Shown here: piece after piece, positions 8,244-16,686 of the stretch
Numbering within the stretch: the first letter of the stretch is position 1
Layout of the letters: each line of letters opens with the position of its first letter
Source of the DNA: Flavobacteriaceae bacterium
Lineage (GTDB): Bacteria; Bacteroidota; Bacteroidia; Flavobacteriales; Flavobacteriaceae
DNA: 32,000 bases
NCBI GenBank assembly: GCA_965224465.1
Contig: OZ245049.1
Coordinates: 330,001 to 362,000, forward strand
Direction: 5' to 3'
Position numbers and translations under genes: made by a program
The notes under the pieces: generated by a model
Databases searched by the model: none
Seen by the model: the letters and a program-made list of their open reading frames with translations, nothing else
Told to the model about the DNA's origin: nothing

Positions 8244-9317
8244 TTAGTAGACCAAACTCACACGTTCATCCTCTAAAACAGCCACGCCGTTTTGAGCCAA
8301 CGCTAACAATTCGTCTTCACCTGGATATACCGTTGTTTCCGCAATAAAGTTGGTTTTATGCGCAATGTAATTGGTTAGGTATTTAGTATAGGCAACTCCA
8401 CCTGTTAATACAATGCCATCAACGTCTCCTTCTAGGACAACGCTAAGAGCTCCAATTTCTTTGGCAATTTGATATGCCATTGCTGTCAGTACAGCAAGTG
8501 CTTTTTTATCACCATTTGCAATTAAATCCTCTACAACGCGCATGTCATTAGTGTTTAAATAAGCCGAAACTCCTCCTTTACCAACAATCATACTGTGCAA
8601 TTCTTTTTCGGAATAGGTTCCTGAATACGCCAATTTTATGACATCGCCCATGGGTAAATTCCCACTGCGTTCGGGAGAGAATGGACCATCTCCATCTAAG
8701 GCCTGATTTACATCAATTACGCGTCCTTTTTTATGGGCGCCAACGCTAACACCTCCACCTAAATGAGCAACAATTAAGTTTAATTCTTCATACTTTTTCC
8801 CTTTTTCTTTCGCAAATCGTTTTGCAACAGATTTTTGATTTAAAGCATGAAATATGGAGGCTTTTGGAAATAGCGGGTGACCAGTATAGCGTGCCTCGTC
8901 TGCCAATTCATCTACAACCACAGGATCCGCTATAAACGCCTTTATGTCCAAGCCTTGTACCAAGTCATTTGCAATAAGTCCAGCCAAGTTACTAGCATGT
9001 TGCTTTGAGGTGGTTTTTAAATCGTGAATCATAACTTCATTCACTTGATAGATGCCTGCTTTTAAAGGTTTAATCATCCCTCCTCTTGCCATAATTACGC
9101 TAAAATCTGTTAAGGTATATTTATTGTCTATGATAAATTTCTTAATCAGTGCTGTCCGGAAGGCTATTTGTTCTATAATGGCATCAAAAGGAGCTAATTC
9201 CTCGTTTGAATGGTGTAAGTTTTGTTCTAAAACCAATTCGATTCCGTTAAAAATTCCGACTTTTGTTGAAGTAGATCCTGGGTTTATAACCAAGATAAGT
9301 TGTGCTGTTTTTTTCAT
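8244..9317 (-). CDS. buk: Butyrate kinase
   Basis: 357 aa. The N-terminus ILVINPGSTSTKVGIF is the acetate/butyrate kinase phosphate-1 motif. Length and the overall ASKHA-fold pattern match butyrate kinase. The start codon overlaps the stop of the upstream ptb reading frame (TAATG). Confidence 0.9.
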   Translation of the reverse strand: MKKTAQLILVINPGSTSTKVGIFNGIELVLEQNLHHSNEELAPFDAIIEQIAFRTALIKKFIIDNKYTLTDFSVIMARGGMIKPLKAGIYQVNEVMIHDLKTTSKQHASNLAGLIANDLVQGLDIKAFIADPVVVDELADEARYTGHPLFPKASIFHALNQKSVAKRFAKEKGKKYEELNLIVAHLGGGVSVGAHKKGRVIDVNQALDGDGPFSPERSGNLPMGDVIKLAYSGTYSEKELHSMIVGKGGVSAYLNTNDMRVVEDLIANGDKKALAVLTAMAYQIAKEIGALSVVLEGDVDGIVLTGGVAYTKYLTNYIAHKTNFIAETTVYPGEDELLALAQNGVAVLEDERVSLVY

Positions 9318-10227
9318 TAAAATTTAGATGTTGAAGCGGCTGCTAATAAAATACTATTATATTTTGTTTGTTCAGAATCTGCTCTAGAGGTGAGTACAAT
9401 AGGGAATGGAGCGCCAAGTACAACACCACATACTTCTGCATTGGCAAAAAACACAAATGCTTTGTACAACATATTTCCAGCTTCAATATCTGGAACCAAT
9501 AGCATATCAGCATCACCTACTACAGGACCTTCCAGTCCTTTTGCTTTTTTACTTTCAAAACTAATGGCATTGTCAAATGCTAAGGGGCCATCAATAATAC
9601 AGTTTTTGATCTGCCCTCTTCGTTGCATGATAGACAACAAGGCTGCATCCATTGTTGCTTGCATTTTATCATTTACATTTTCTACAGCAGCCAAAGCAGC
9701 AATTTTAGGGTTTTCCAGCCCAATTTTACCTAAGAAATTAACGGCATTGTTGATAATTGCCGCTTTTTGTTTTAAATCCGGATTTATATTCATTGCAACA
9801 TCGGTAATAGCCAAAGGCTTATGGTATTCTGGAATATCAAAGATGGCAAGATGTGATAAAATCGTTTGGTCTTTAGCCCGTATTCTTTGTTCAATACACC
9901 TGATAACAATTGAGCGGTAGAAATATGACCTTTCATAAGAATATCTGCTTCTCCACTAATGACTAAACTTACCGATTTTTTAACAACACTTGCTAAATCA
10001 CGCTCGTAATAAATTTCTATTTGACTGATGTCAAAATTAAATTCAGCCACTGTTTGGTCAATTTCTGTTTTAAGTCCTACCAAGATAGGAATTATAACAC
10101 CTTGTTTTGATGCTTCGAGAACTGCTCCAAGCGAATATTCATCACCAGCAGCGCATAGAACCAATTTTTTTTTATTCGAATGAGACTGGACTATCTTATG
10201 TAAATCTGAAATCTTAGTAAACTTCAT
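9317..10227 (-). pseudogene. ptb: Phosphate butyryltransferase/phosphotransacetylase-family gene with a single-base frameshift
   Basis: Two same-strand ORFs (9790..10227 and 9317..9814) together span one ~300-aa PTA_PTB-type protein. The frame change maps to the coding-strand sequence AAACGATTTTATCACAT (plus-strand A4 at 9858-9861). Adding one T restores [35 protein letters not shown]. Confidence 0.8.
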
Positions 10228-10401
10228 ATAGGTTTAGGTTTTTTGTGTATTCTGCAATATTACGGTTATTATTCTTTTTTAATTATGTAATTATCAATAA
10301 AGATTGGTTAAAAACAAATAATACTTATTTACAATCCTCTTTTCAAAATCATTGAAAATTCCACAATCAATTCCTATCTTTACTGTCTAAAAATATATTA
10401 T

Positions 10402-11553
10402 ATGTACCGTATTTATTATATACTGATGATTGTGATACTCGTTTCCTGTAAATCCAGCGAAACAAATGTATTAGAACATGAAATCCAAACAGCAAAAACA
10501 TTATTTGCCCCTGATAAAAGAGTTGCTATCTTTGATATTCAAGCAAAAAAAACAGCCAGTGGAACAATCAAACTACTTGGAGAAACAAATCTTCCTAAGG
10601 CACTTGCTCTTTTTAAAGAAAAATTAGATCCAAAACTATCTATTATCGATAGCGTAACTATACTTCCAAGCAAGGAGCTCGGTAATGCTAATTTTGGTGT
10701 CGTAAATATTTCTGTAGGTAACATTCGATCCAATCCAAAACATTCCGCAGAACTTGCTACTCAAGCATTGATGGGAATGCCTCTTAAAATATACAAAAAA
10801 CAAGACAACTGGTATTATGTTCAAACTCCAGACCATTATCTTGGATGGTTAGACGCTGGTGGTTTTACGCAAATGAAAACTGCTGATTTTAATAATTGGG
10901 AAGCTTTAGATAAAATTATATTCACCAAAGATTTTGGTTATGTGTATGACTTGAATACCAATGGTATTGTAAGTGATGCCGTACTTGGAAATAAATTTGC
11001 AGTTGTTTCTAAAAACAAAGATCGTTTTACAGTACAGTTTCCCGACGGACGAACAGGGTGGGTTTCCACTACTGACGCCATGGAATACACAGATTGGATA
11101 CTCAGCCGACATTTGGATGAAAAGCATATTTTAGAGACTGCTAAGTTATTTATGGGACGTCCTTATTTATGGGGAGGAACCTCTTCAAAAGCAATGGATT
11201 GCAGTGGTTTTACCAAAATGGTGTATTTTTCAAATGGAATAGAATTGGCTAGAGACGCTTCCCAACAGGTTAAACAAGGAGTATCTGTAAAAGTAGACGC
11301 TAATTTAAAGGATCTGAAAAAAGGAGACTTACTATTTTTTGGGAGCGCTGCAACAGCTAAAAAGAAAGAACGTATTTGGCATGTTGCTATCTACTTAGGA
11401 GATGGTCAAATTATACATGCGAGTGGGGCTATAAAAATTCAAAGTTTGAGACCCGAAGATGATAATTTTGCAAAAGAGCGCTTAAACACATTGCTTAAAG
11501 CACGCAGGATAATAGGAACACCAATGGTAAAAGAATTAACAATTAAAGCATAA
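10402..11553 (+). CDS. NlpC/P60 (C40) cell-wall peptidase lipoprotein with N-terminal SH3b-like domains (YkfC-like)
   Basis: 383 aa. The lipoprotein-type signal is ILVSCKSS. The catalytic region is GRPYLWGGTSSKAMDCSGFTKMVY, followed by WHVAIYLGDGQIIHASG. Confidence 0.88.
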   Translation: MYRIYYILMIVILVSCKSSETNVLEHEIQTAKTLFAPDKRVAIFDIQAKKTASGTIKLLGETNLPKALALFKEKLDPKLSIIDSVTILPSKELGNANFGVVNISVGNIRSNPKHSAELATQALMGMPLKIYKKQDNWYYVQTPDHYLGWLDAGGFTQMKTADFNNWEALDKIIFTKDFGYVYDLNTNGIVSDAVLGNKFAVVSKNKDRFTVQFPDGRTGWVSTTDAMEYTDWILSRHLDEKHILETAKLFMGRPYLWGGTSSKAMDCSGFTKMVYFSNGIELARDASQQVKQGVSVKVDANLKDLKKGDLLFFGSAATAKKKERIWHVAIYLGDGQIIHASGAIKIQSLRPEDDNFAKERLNTLLKARRIIGTPMVKELTIKA

Positions 11554-11558
11554 GGATA

Positions 11559-12464
11559 TTGAAAGCAATTACCAATAGTATCGACAATTTAGGCCTTTCA
11601 CGCATTATTCAAGGTCATTGGCGGCTTATGGAATGGAATTTTACTCCACAGGAATTACTCAGTCATACCAAACAAAGCATCGAATTAGGAATTACTAGTT
11701 ATGATCATGCGGATATATATGGGCATTACCAATGTGAAACTGCTTTCGGAAAAAGCCTAGCGCTAGATAAACAGCTTAGACAAGAGATCCAATTGATTAG
11801 TAAATGTGGAATCAAACTGGTTTCAGACAAGTATCCAGAACGTCGTTTAAAATGTTATGATTATTCTTCAGAATACATCATAACGTCCGTAGAAAACTCA
11901 CTTAGAAATTTACACACAGAATATCTAGATGTTTTATTACTACATCGCCCTGCTCCTCTTTTTGATCCTTATGAAGTTGCGAAAGCATTTTCTGAATTAA
12001 AAAAACAAGGAAAAGTAAAGAATTTTGGTGTATCCAATTTTTCGCCCATTCAGTTTGATTTGTTACAAGCGGCTGTTGAAGATCCTTTGGTGACAAATCA
12101 AATAGAGATATCTCCTTATTGTTTGGATACTTTCCACGATGATAGTCTAGCGTATTATCAAAAAAACAAGATCAAACCTATGGCATGGTCTCCTTTATCT
12201 GGCGGAAATATTTTTACCCCCAAAGATAAAAAAGGAATACGTCTCCTAAAAAGTATTCAGAAAGTAGCTGATGCTTTGGAAGTAGAACATCTTGATTGTA
12301 TCATTTTTGCATGGCTACTAAAACATCCTGCAATGATATTTCCAGTAATAGGAACAGGTAAATTGAATCGCGTTAAAAATGCAGTAAGTGCACTTTCTAT
12401 CGACATGTCAATAGAGCAATGGTATGAAATTTACAACGCTTCTGAAGGAAAAGAACTTCCCTAG
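11559..12464 (+). CDS. Aldo/keto reductase family oxidoreductase (YdhF-like)
   Basis: 301 aa with a TTG start 5 nt after the upstream stop. The segments GHWRLMEWN...LGITSYDHADIYGHYQCETAFG and LLLHRP match the YdhF-type AKR pattern. Confidence 0.85.
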   Translation: MKAITNSIDNLGLSRIIQGHWRLMEWNFTPQELLSHTKQSIELGITSYDHADIYGHYQCETAFGKSLALDKQLRQEIQLISKCGIKLVSDKYPERRLKCYDYSSEYIITSVENSLRNLHTEYLDVLLLHRPAPLFDPYEVAKAFSELKKQGKVKNFGVSNFSPIQFDLLQAAVEDPLVTNQIEISPYCLDTFHDDSLAYYQKNKIKPMAWSPLSGGNIFTPKDKKGIRLLKSIQKVADALEVEHLDCIIFAWLLKHPAMIFPVIGTGKLNRVKNAVSALSIDMSIEQWYEIYNASEGKELP

Positions 12465-12581
12465 TTTTTATCCTTTTTTTAAGGGATACATTTTTCTAGG
12501 TTCGCCTTGTATCATAAATTGTTTTTACAGAAGTTTACCTTCCAATGCTGAGACTAGATGTAGATAGAAGAACCCAAACAG

Positions 12582-12617
12582 CCGCTAAAAAACAGAATTC
12601 ATTTCGTTTTTTAGCGG
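12582..12617 (+). terminator. Intrinsic terminator-like hairpin downstream of the reductase gene
   Basis: CCGCTAAAAAAC (12582-12593) pairs perfectly with GTTTTTTAGCGG (12606-12617). The loop is 12 nt and TTGTTTTA follows. Confidence 0.6.
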
Positions 12618-12728
12618 TTGTTTTATAACGATAAAAACCAATCGTTCTTGTAAGCGTACGGAGAACTACATCTTGTAAGAAGTTAAAAATAATCTAATTT
12701 TTGCATCTAAACAAAAACGAAAATATAA

Positions 12729-13082
12729 ATGTTAGGATTAGGTACAGAACACACGTATTATTATCACTTATCTGCAGTTGATATGCGAAAAGGATTTAAT
12801 GGATTAAGTGGATTAGTTAGTGAGCACATGGAACAAGAGCGAGATAGAAATAGTGTTTATGCATTTATCAATAAGCAAAAAAATAAACTAAAACTTCTTC
12901 ATTGGCGACCTGGAGGATTTGTACTGTATTATAAACGATTGGAACGAGGTATTTTTGAGCTTCCAAAATACGACATTGAAGATGGATTAGTAGTTTTGAG
13001 TTATACCCAAATGGTTATGGTTTTAGACGGAATTAGTATTATAAATACTCAGAAAAACGAACGTTATTTAGAGGCTAAATAA
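12729..13082 (+). CDS. tnpB: IS66-family accessory protein TnpB (IS66 Orf2)
   Basis: 117 aa. The signature VDMRKGFNGLSGLV and the segment NKLKLLHWRPGGFVLYYKRLERG are present. Confidence 0.9.
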   Translation: MLGLGTEHTYYYHLSAVDMRKGFNGLSGLVSEHMEQERDRNSVYAFINKQKNKLKLLHWRPGGFVLYYKRLERGIFELPKYDIEDGLVVLSYTQMVMVLDGISIINTQKNERYLEAK

Positions 13083-13125
13083 TTCAATAAAACTGTAGGT
13101 TTTACCTGCTATTTAGTCTTGTTTT

Positions 13126-14628
13126 TTGTATATTTATAGTGTGGAAAACAATACAATAGACATACAAAAAGAGCTGGTAATTTTAAAGATTGAACTTGAA
13201 AAAACAGCTCAAGAACTAGCTGAAATTAAGCAGCAATACGAGCAGCTTAAAAGAATGGTTTTCGGGTCTAAAAGCGAACGTTTTATCCCTGTTGACACAA
13301 ATCAATTGTCGCTTTTCGGAAAAATAATAGCTGAGAAAGAAGAGGCATACAAAAAACATATTGTAATCTACGAAAGAAAACAAAAGAAGAAAGGAAAGAA
13401 AAAACCTGTTCGCTCTTCTATACCTGCGCATTTTCCGCGAGTAGAAGAGATTATAGAGCCTAAGCACATAGAAGAAGGAGCTGTAAAAATAGGAGAAGAA
13501 GTTACAGAACTTTTAGAAATAACGCCTCTTTCCGTTTTTGTAAGACGAATTGTAAGACCTAAATATGCACTTCCGGAAGAAAAAGGCGTTGTTATAGCAG
13601 AATTACCAAGCTTACCGATACCTAAAGGAAATGCATCAGCAAGTTTATTGGCCTTTATACTTATTTCAAAATTTGTAGACCATTTACCACTTTACAGATT
13701 AATTCAAATTTTTAAACGACAAGATTTAAAAGTAAGTAAATCAACAATTGGAGGATGGGTATCTAAAAGTTCGGAGCTTATCGCTCCTTTATACGATACA
13801 TTTAAGGCTCAGTTTTTAGAAAATGCCAATTATATTCAAGCAGACGAATCTCCTATAAAGGTTTTAGATAAAGACAAGAAAAAATCAACACACAGAGGGT
13901 ATATGTGGGTGTATCGAAATCCTGTTAAAAATTTAGTTCTTTTTGAATACAATAAAGGGAGAGGAAAAGTTGTTCCAGAAGAGTTTTTTAAAGATTTCAA
14001 TGGGACACTACAGTCCGATGGGTATGCTGCATACCAAAACTTAACAACAAAAGGAGAAATTACTCTTTTAGGTTGCATGGCTCATGCTAGGCGGTATTTT
14101 GAGAAGGCGCTGGATAATGATCCTAAAAGAGCGGATGTTGTTTTGTTGGAAATTCAAAAGCTATACAAGATAGAACGTAAAATAAAAGAACAAGAATTAA
14201 CTATTGAGCAAACTAAAGCATATAGAGAAAAACATGCATCACCTGTTTTAGACGGAATAGAAATTTATCTTACAAAAGAGCGAAAAAACGTACTGCCTAA
14301 AAGTGCCATAGGAAAAGCAATTGCTTATACTCTTAAAATATGGCAAAACCTAAAACTATACATCGATGATGGCAGGTTTGAAATAGACAACAATAATATA
14401 GAAAATGCCATAAGACCTTTAGCTATTGGCAGAAAAAATTATCTCTTTGCTGGCAGTCATGAGTCCGCACAAAACATAGCTCTATTTTATAGCTTTTTTG
14501 CTACTTGCAAAAAGAATAACGTAAACCCACATACGTGGCTATGTGATGTCCTTAATAGATTACCAGAACATAAGGCTAATAAACTTTCGGAGTTACTGCC
14601 TCAAAATTGGAAGCCTGTTGATAAATAA
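13126..14628 (+). CDS. tnpC: IS66-family transposase TnpC
   Basis: 500 aa. The N-terminal coiled-coil is followed by LKRMVFGSKSERF. Other matches are ADESPIKVLD, LQSDGYAAY, GCMAHARRYF and IDNNNIENAIRPLAIGRKNYLFAGS. The exact start is uncertain (TTG at 13126 or GTG at 13141). Confidence 0.9.
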   Translation: MYIYSVENNTIDIQKELVILKIELEKTAQELAEIKQQYEQLKRMVFGSKSERFIPVDTNQLSLFGKIIAEKEEAYKKHIVIYERKQKKKGKKKPVRSSIPAHFPRVEEIIEPKHIEEGAVKIGEEVTELLEITPLSVFVRRIVRPKYALPEEKGVVIAELPSLPIPKGNASASLLAFILISKFVDHLPLYRLIQIFKRQDLKVSKSTIGGWVSKSSELIAPLYDTFKAQFLENANYIQADESPIKVLDKDKKKSTHRGYMWVYRNPVKNLVLFEYNKGRGKVVPEEFFKDFNGTLQSDGYAAYQNLTTKGEITLLGCMAHARRYFEKALDNDPKRADVVLLEIQKLYKIERKIKEQELTIEQTKAYREKHASPVLDGIEIYLTKERKNVLPKSAIGKAIAYTLKIWQNLKLYIDDGRFEIDNNNIENAIRPLAIGRKNYLFAGSHESAQNIALFYSFFATCKKNNVNPHTWLCDVLNRLPEHKANKLSELLPQNWKPVDK

Positions 14629-15080
14629 TCAAGGGTGTACTTTACCGTACGCTTACTCGTTCTTATCTAAAAAAAAGGTATAAAACAAACAGAAATTTTG
14701 TTTATAAACTGTGAATAAGTTTTATTTTAACTAATAAAAAAATACGTAACGGTATGTTTTAGCGAATAGTCGTTACGGGTTACTTGTAAAATACTCTTTA
14801 AGTGATAGTTATATTTAATTCTAGTTTTTACAGATGTATTTAGCAAATACTTGACATACTTTATCGTTTTTAAAGACTAGAGAAGACATTATAGAAAGAA
14901 TTGTTTAAAAACCCACAGTATTAAGCGGTATATCTTCTAAAAGCATTGGATTCCCTCTGAATAAACAGCAGCGATTAGAAGCATCATAAACTTCTTTAAG
15001 ACTACTAAAAACAATAAAACAAACAGCCTCTCCCCGTGCGTAGAAATTGTTAATTTGAATTATTGAACATGCCTTTTACA

Positions 15081-15237
15081 CTCATAAAATTTCCAAGTGA
15101 CGGTTTAGTAATGGGATCATTTTTTGTTTTAACTAGGAAAAAAAATGGAAGGATAGTTTAGCTGTCGTTCTGTTTTTTAACAACGCCAGCACGTAAATTA
15201 AACTATTTATATTGGTTATTTTGGATTGTAATTAGTA
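15081..15237 (+). repeat. MITE-like intergenic repeat, copy B (full length)
   Basis: About 80 percent identical over ~155 bp to 16431..16587. The imperfect terminal inverted repeats are of the type ATTTCCAAGTGA ... TTTTGGATTGTAATT. Confidence 0.85.
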
Positions 15238-15314
15238 GCACCCACTAGTAAAAAACTCCACAAATACATTTGTATACAATATTGTTAGCGATCCTAAACA
15301 GGATATATGTAGCA

Positions 15315-15803
15315 TTATTTTTTTCGAAACAGAGAACAAAGAATCATAGAAGTCGCCATTACAAAACTTAGAGTCATTAATATTCCCGATAAAACTATAA
15401 TATATTTTAGACTGGTTATCCCTAACCACATAAAATAAATCCCCCCAAAAGACACCACAATAGATATAAATGGTTCAATCATAACAAACTTTTTTATCTT
15501 TTTATTATAGCTAGTCATAGAGACTAATAATGAGAGCACAAAAAACAGTATAGACATAGAGATTACATGGTTATGTATCATCGTTATCATGGCTTGTTTT
15601 TTTTTTTTGAATTTCATAATAGTAGCCTCTTCATCATTTTCATTTCCTAGATATTGCTCTTCTATACCTGTAGGAGTTCCTTCTGTAGTTTCATGCACAA
15701 AGGCAAGCCCTGTATAATATCCAATACTCAAGACCAAGACAAATGCTCCAATAAGTATTTTAACCTCTTTAGGAAATTGATGAATTAAACCGTGAAATTG
15801 CAT
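15315..15803 (-). CDS. Small integral membrane protein (about 4 TM segments), function unknown
   Basis: The ORF track gives 15315..15854. The ATG at 15803-15801 (MQFHGLIHQFPKEVK...) lies 1 nt after the upstream stop (TAATATG), which suggests translational coupling. Four hydrophobic stretches are present, with His residues at the TM1 end (HETTEG) and the TM2 start (HNH). Confidence 0.7.
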   Translation of the reverse strand: MQFHGLIHQFPKEVKILIGAFVLVLSIGYYTGLAFVHETTEGTPTGIEEQYLGNENDEEATIMKFKKKKQAMITMIHNHVISMSILFFVLSLLVSMTSYNKKIKKFVMIEPFISIVVSFGGIYFMWLGITSLKYIIVLSGILMTLSFVMATSMILCSLFRKK

Positions 15804-15804
15804 A

Positions 15805-16332
15805 TTACAATACGTTTTGTTGATGAAGCACAGCCAAAGAAGCCAATAAATCATTAATAGAATCTGTCATAGATTCTGCAGATAGCGTAGCTCCAGAAAT
15901 AGCTGAAATATCATGTTGATAGCGCATATTATCTCCACCTTTTTTACCAGTAAACTGGCGAAGCCATCTCTTGCTACCTATTTCAGATCCATGACCTTCT
16001 CTATAAACCAAAACTTTAGTTTTAGCAATAATTAAATTGGTATCCAATATCACAAGGAAATCAAAATGATCTGTTTTTCCGAAACCTTGACCAAAATAAA
16101 AATAGCCTATTTTTTTATCATTACTCACAATACTAAAAAAATTATCAGCGTGTAGTTTTGCAGTCAATTGGCTCTGAATCTCGTCGGGAAACGTGACTCC
16201 TATTTTTTCAAAGGAAGCTACTTCAAACGTAGCTCTAATTTGCTTGTCAATTTTTTTGTGTACTTTTTTAGGGATTGAAAAACTCACTAAAATACAAGTG
16301 ACAATTAATGTTAAAAGAATTCTGTAATTCAT
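15805..16332 (-). CDS. FMN-binding domain protein (FMN_bind, extracytoplasmic, membrane-anchored)
   Basis: 175 aa with an N-terminal hydrophobic anchor. The C-terminal DISAISGATLSAESM matches the [ST]GA[ST] flavinylation motif of NqrC/RnfG/NosR-type FMN_bind domains (Thr codon at 15886-15888). Confidence 0.8.
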   Translation of the reverse strand: MNYRILLTLIVTCILVSFSIPKKVHKKIDKQIRATFEVASFEKIGVTFPDEIQSQLTAKLHADNFFSIVSNDKKIGYFYFGQGFGKTDHFDFLVILDTNLIIAKTKVLVYREGHGSEIGSKRWLRQFTGKKGGDNMRYQHDISAISGATLSAESMTDSINDLLASLAVLHQQNVL

Positions 16333-16430
16333 AGTTACAAATTTAAGCTTTATTTTTAAAAATTTGATCCCTACTACAATTTTATGTATCAGGGCACTCT
16401 TTATTTTTTATAGTTCAGGTACAAATAATA

Positions 16431-16587
16431 CCCAATACATTTACAAGTGACAGTTTAGAAATGGCATTATTTTTTGTTTTAGCTAGGCGAAAAATGGATG
16501 GATATGCTTCACTATCGTTTTGTGTTTTAACAAGGCTAGAGCATAAAATAAACTATTTATATCTGTCATTTTGGATTGTAATTGGTA
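16431..16587 (+). repeat. MITE-like intergenic repeat, copy C (full length)
   Basis: Aligns along its whole length with copy B. The ends CCAATACATTTACAAGTGACAG and CTGTCATTTTGGATTGTAATTGG form imperfect inverted repeats. Confidence 0.85.
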
Positions 16588-16616
16588 CAACTAGTAATCT
16601 TTAACTAGTTCGTAAA

Positions 16617-16655
16617 AAATAAGGGTTGTTTTCTCAAAGAAAACAACCCTTATTT
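16617..16655 (-). terminator. Strong intrinsic terminator downstream of the porin gene
   Basis: AAATAAGGGTTGTTTTC (16617-16633) pairs perfectly with GAAAACAACCCTTATTT (16639-16655) around a 5-nt loop. A T-run follows on the minus strand. It lies 32 bp after the porin stop. Confidence 0.85.
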
Positions 16656-16686
16656 ACAAAAGAACATTGCAGTGTCTTATTGGTTA

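Larger units (their letters stand above)
12650..14656 (+). mobile_element. IS66-family insertion sequence (tnpB + tnpC only)
   Basis: Inverted repeats GTAAGCGTACGG (12650-12661) and CCGTACGCTTAC (14645-14656) begin with the IS66 hallmark GTAAGCG. A perfect 8-bp target duplication TCGTTCTT flanks the element (12642-12649 and 14657-14664). Length is 2007 bp. Confidence 0.92.

Noticed and set aside
12465-12500. Weak hairpin TATCC...GGATA just after the reductase stop, considered as its terminator
   Set aside because: It has only a 5-bp stem with a 10-nt loop. The 12-bp perfect hairpin at 12582..12617 is a far better candidate.
15232-15429. 65-aa minus-strand ORF downstream of, and overlapping, the 4-TM membrane protein gene
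   Set aside because: It overlaps the 3' end of the better-supported gene in another frame and runs into MITE copy B. It has no recognisable features.
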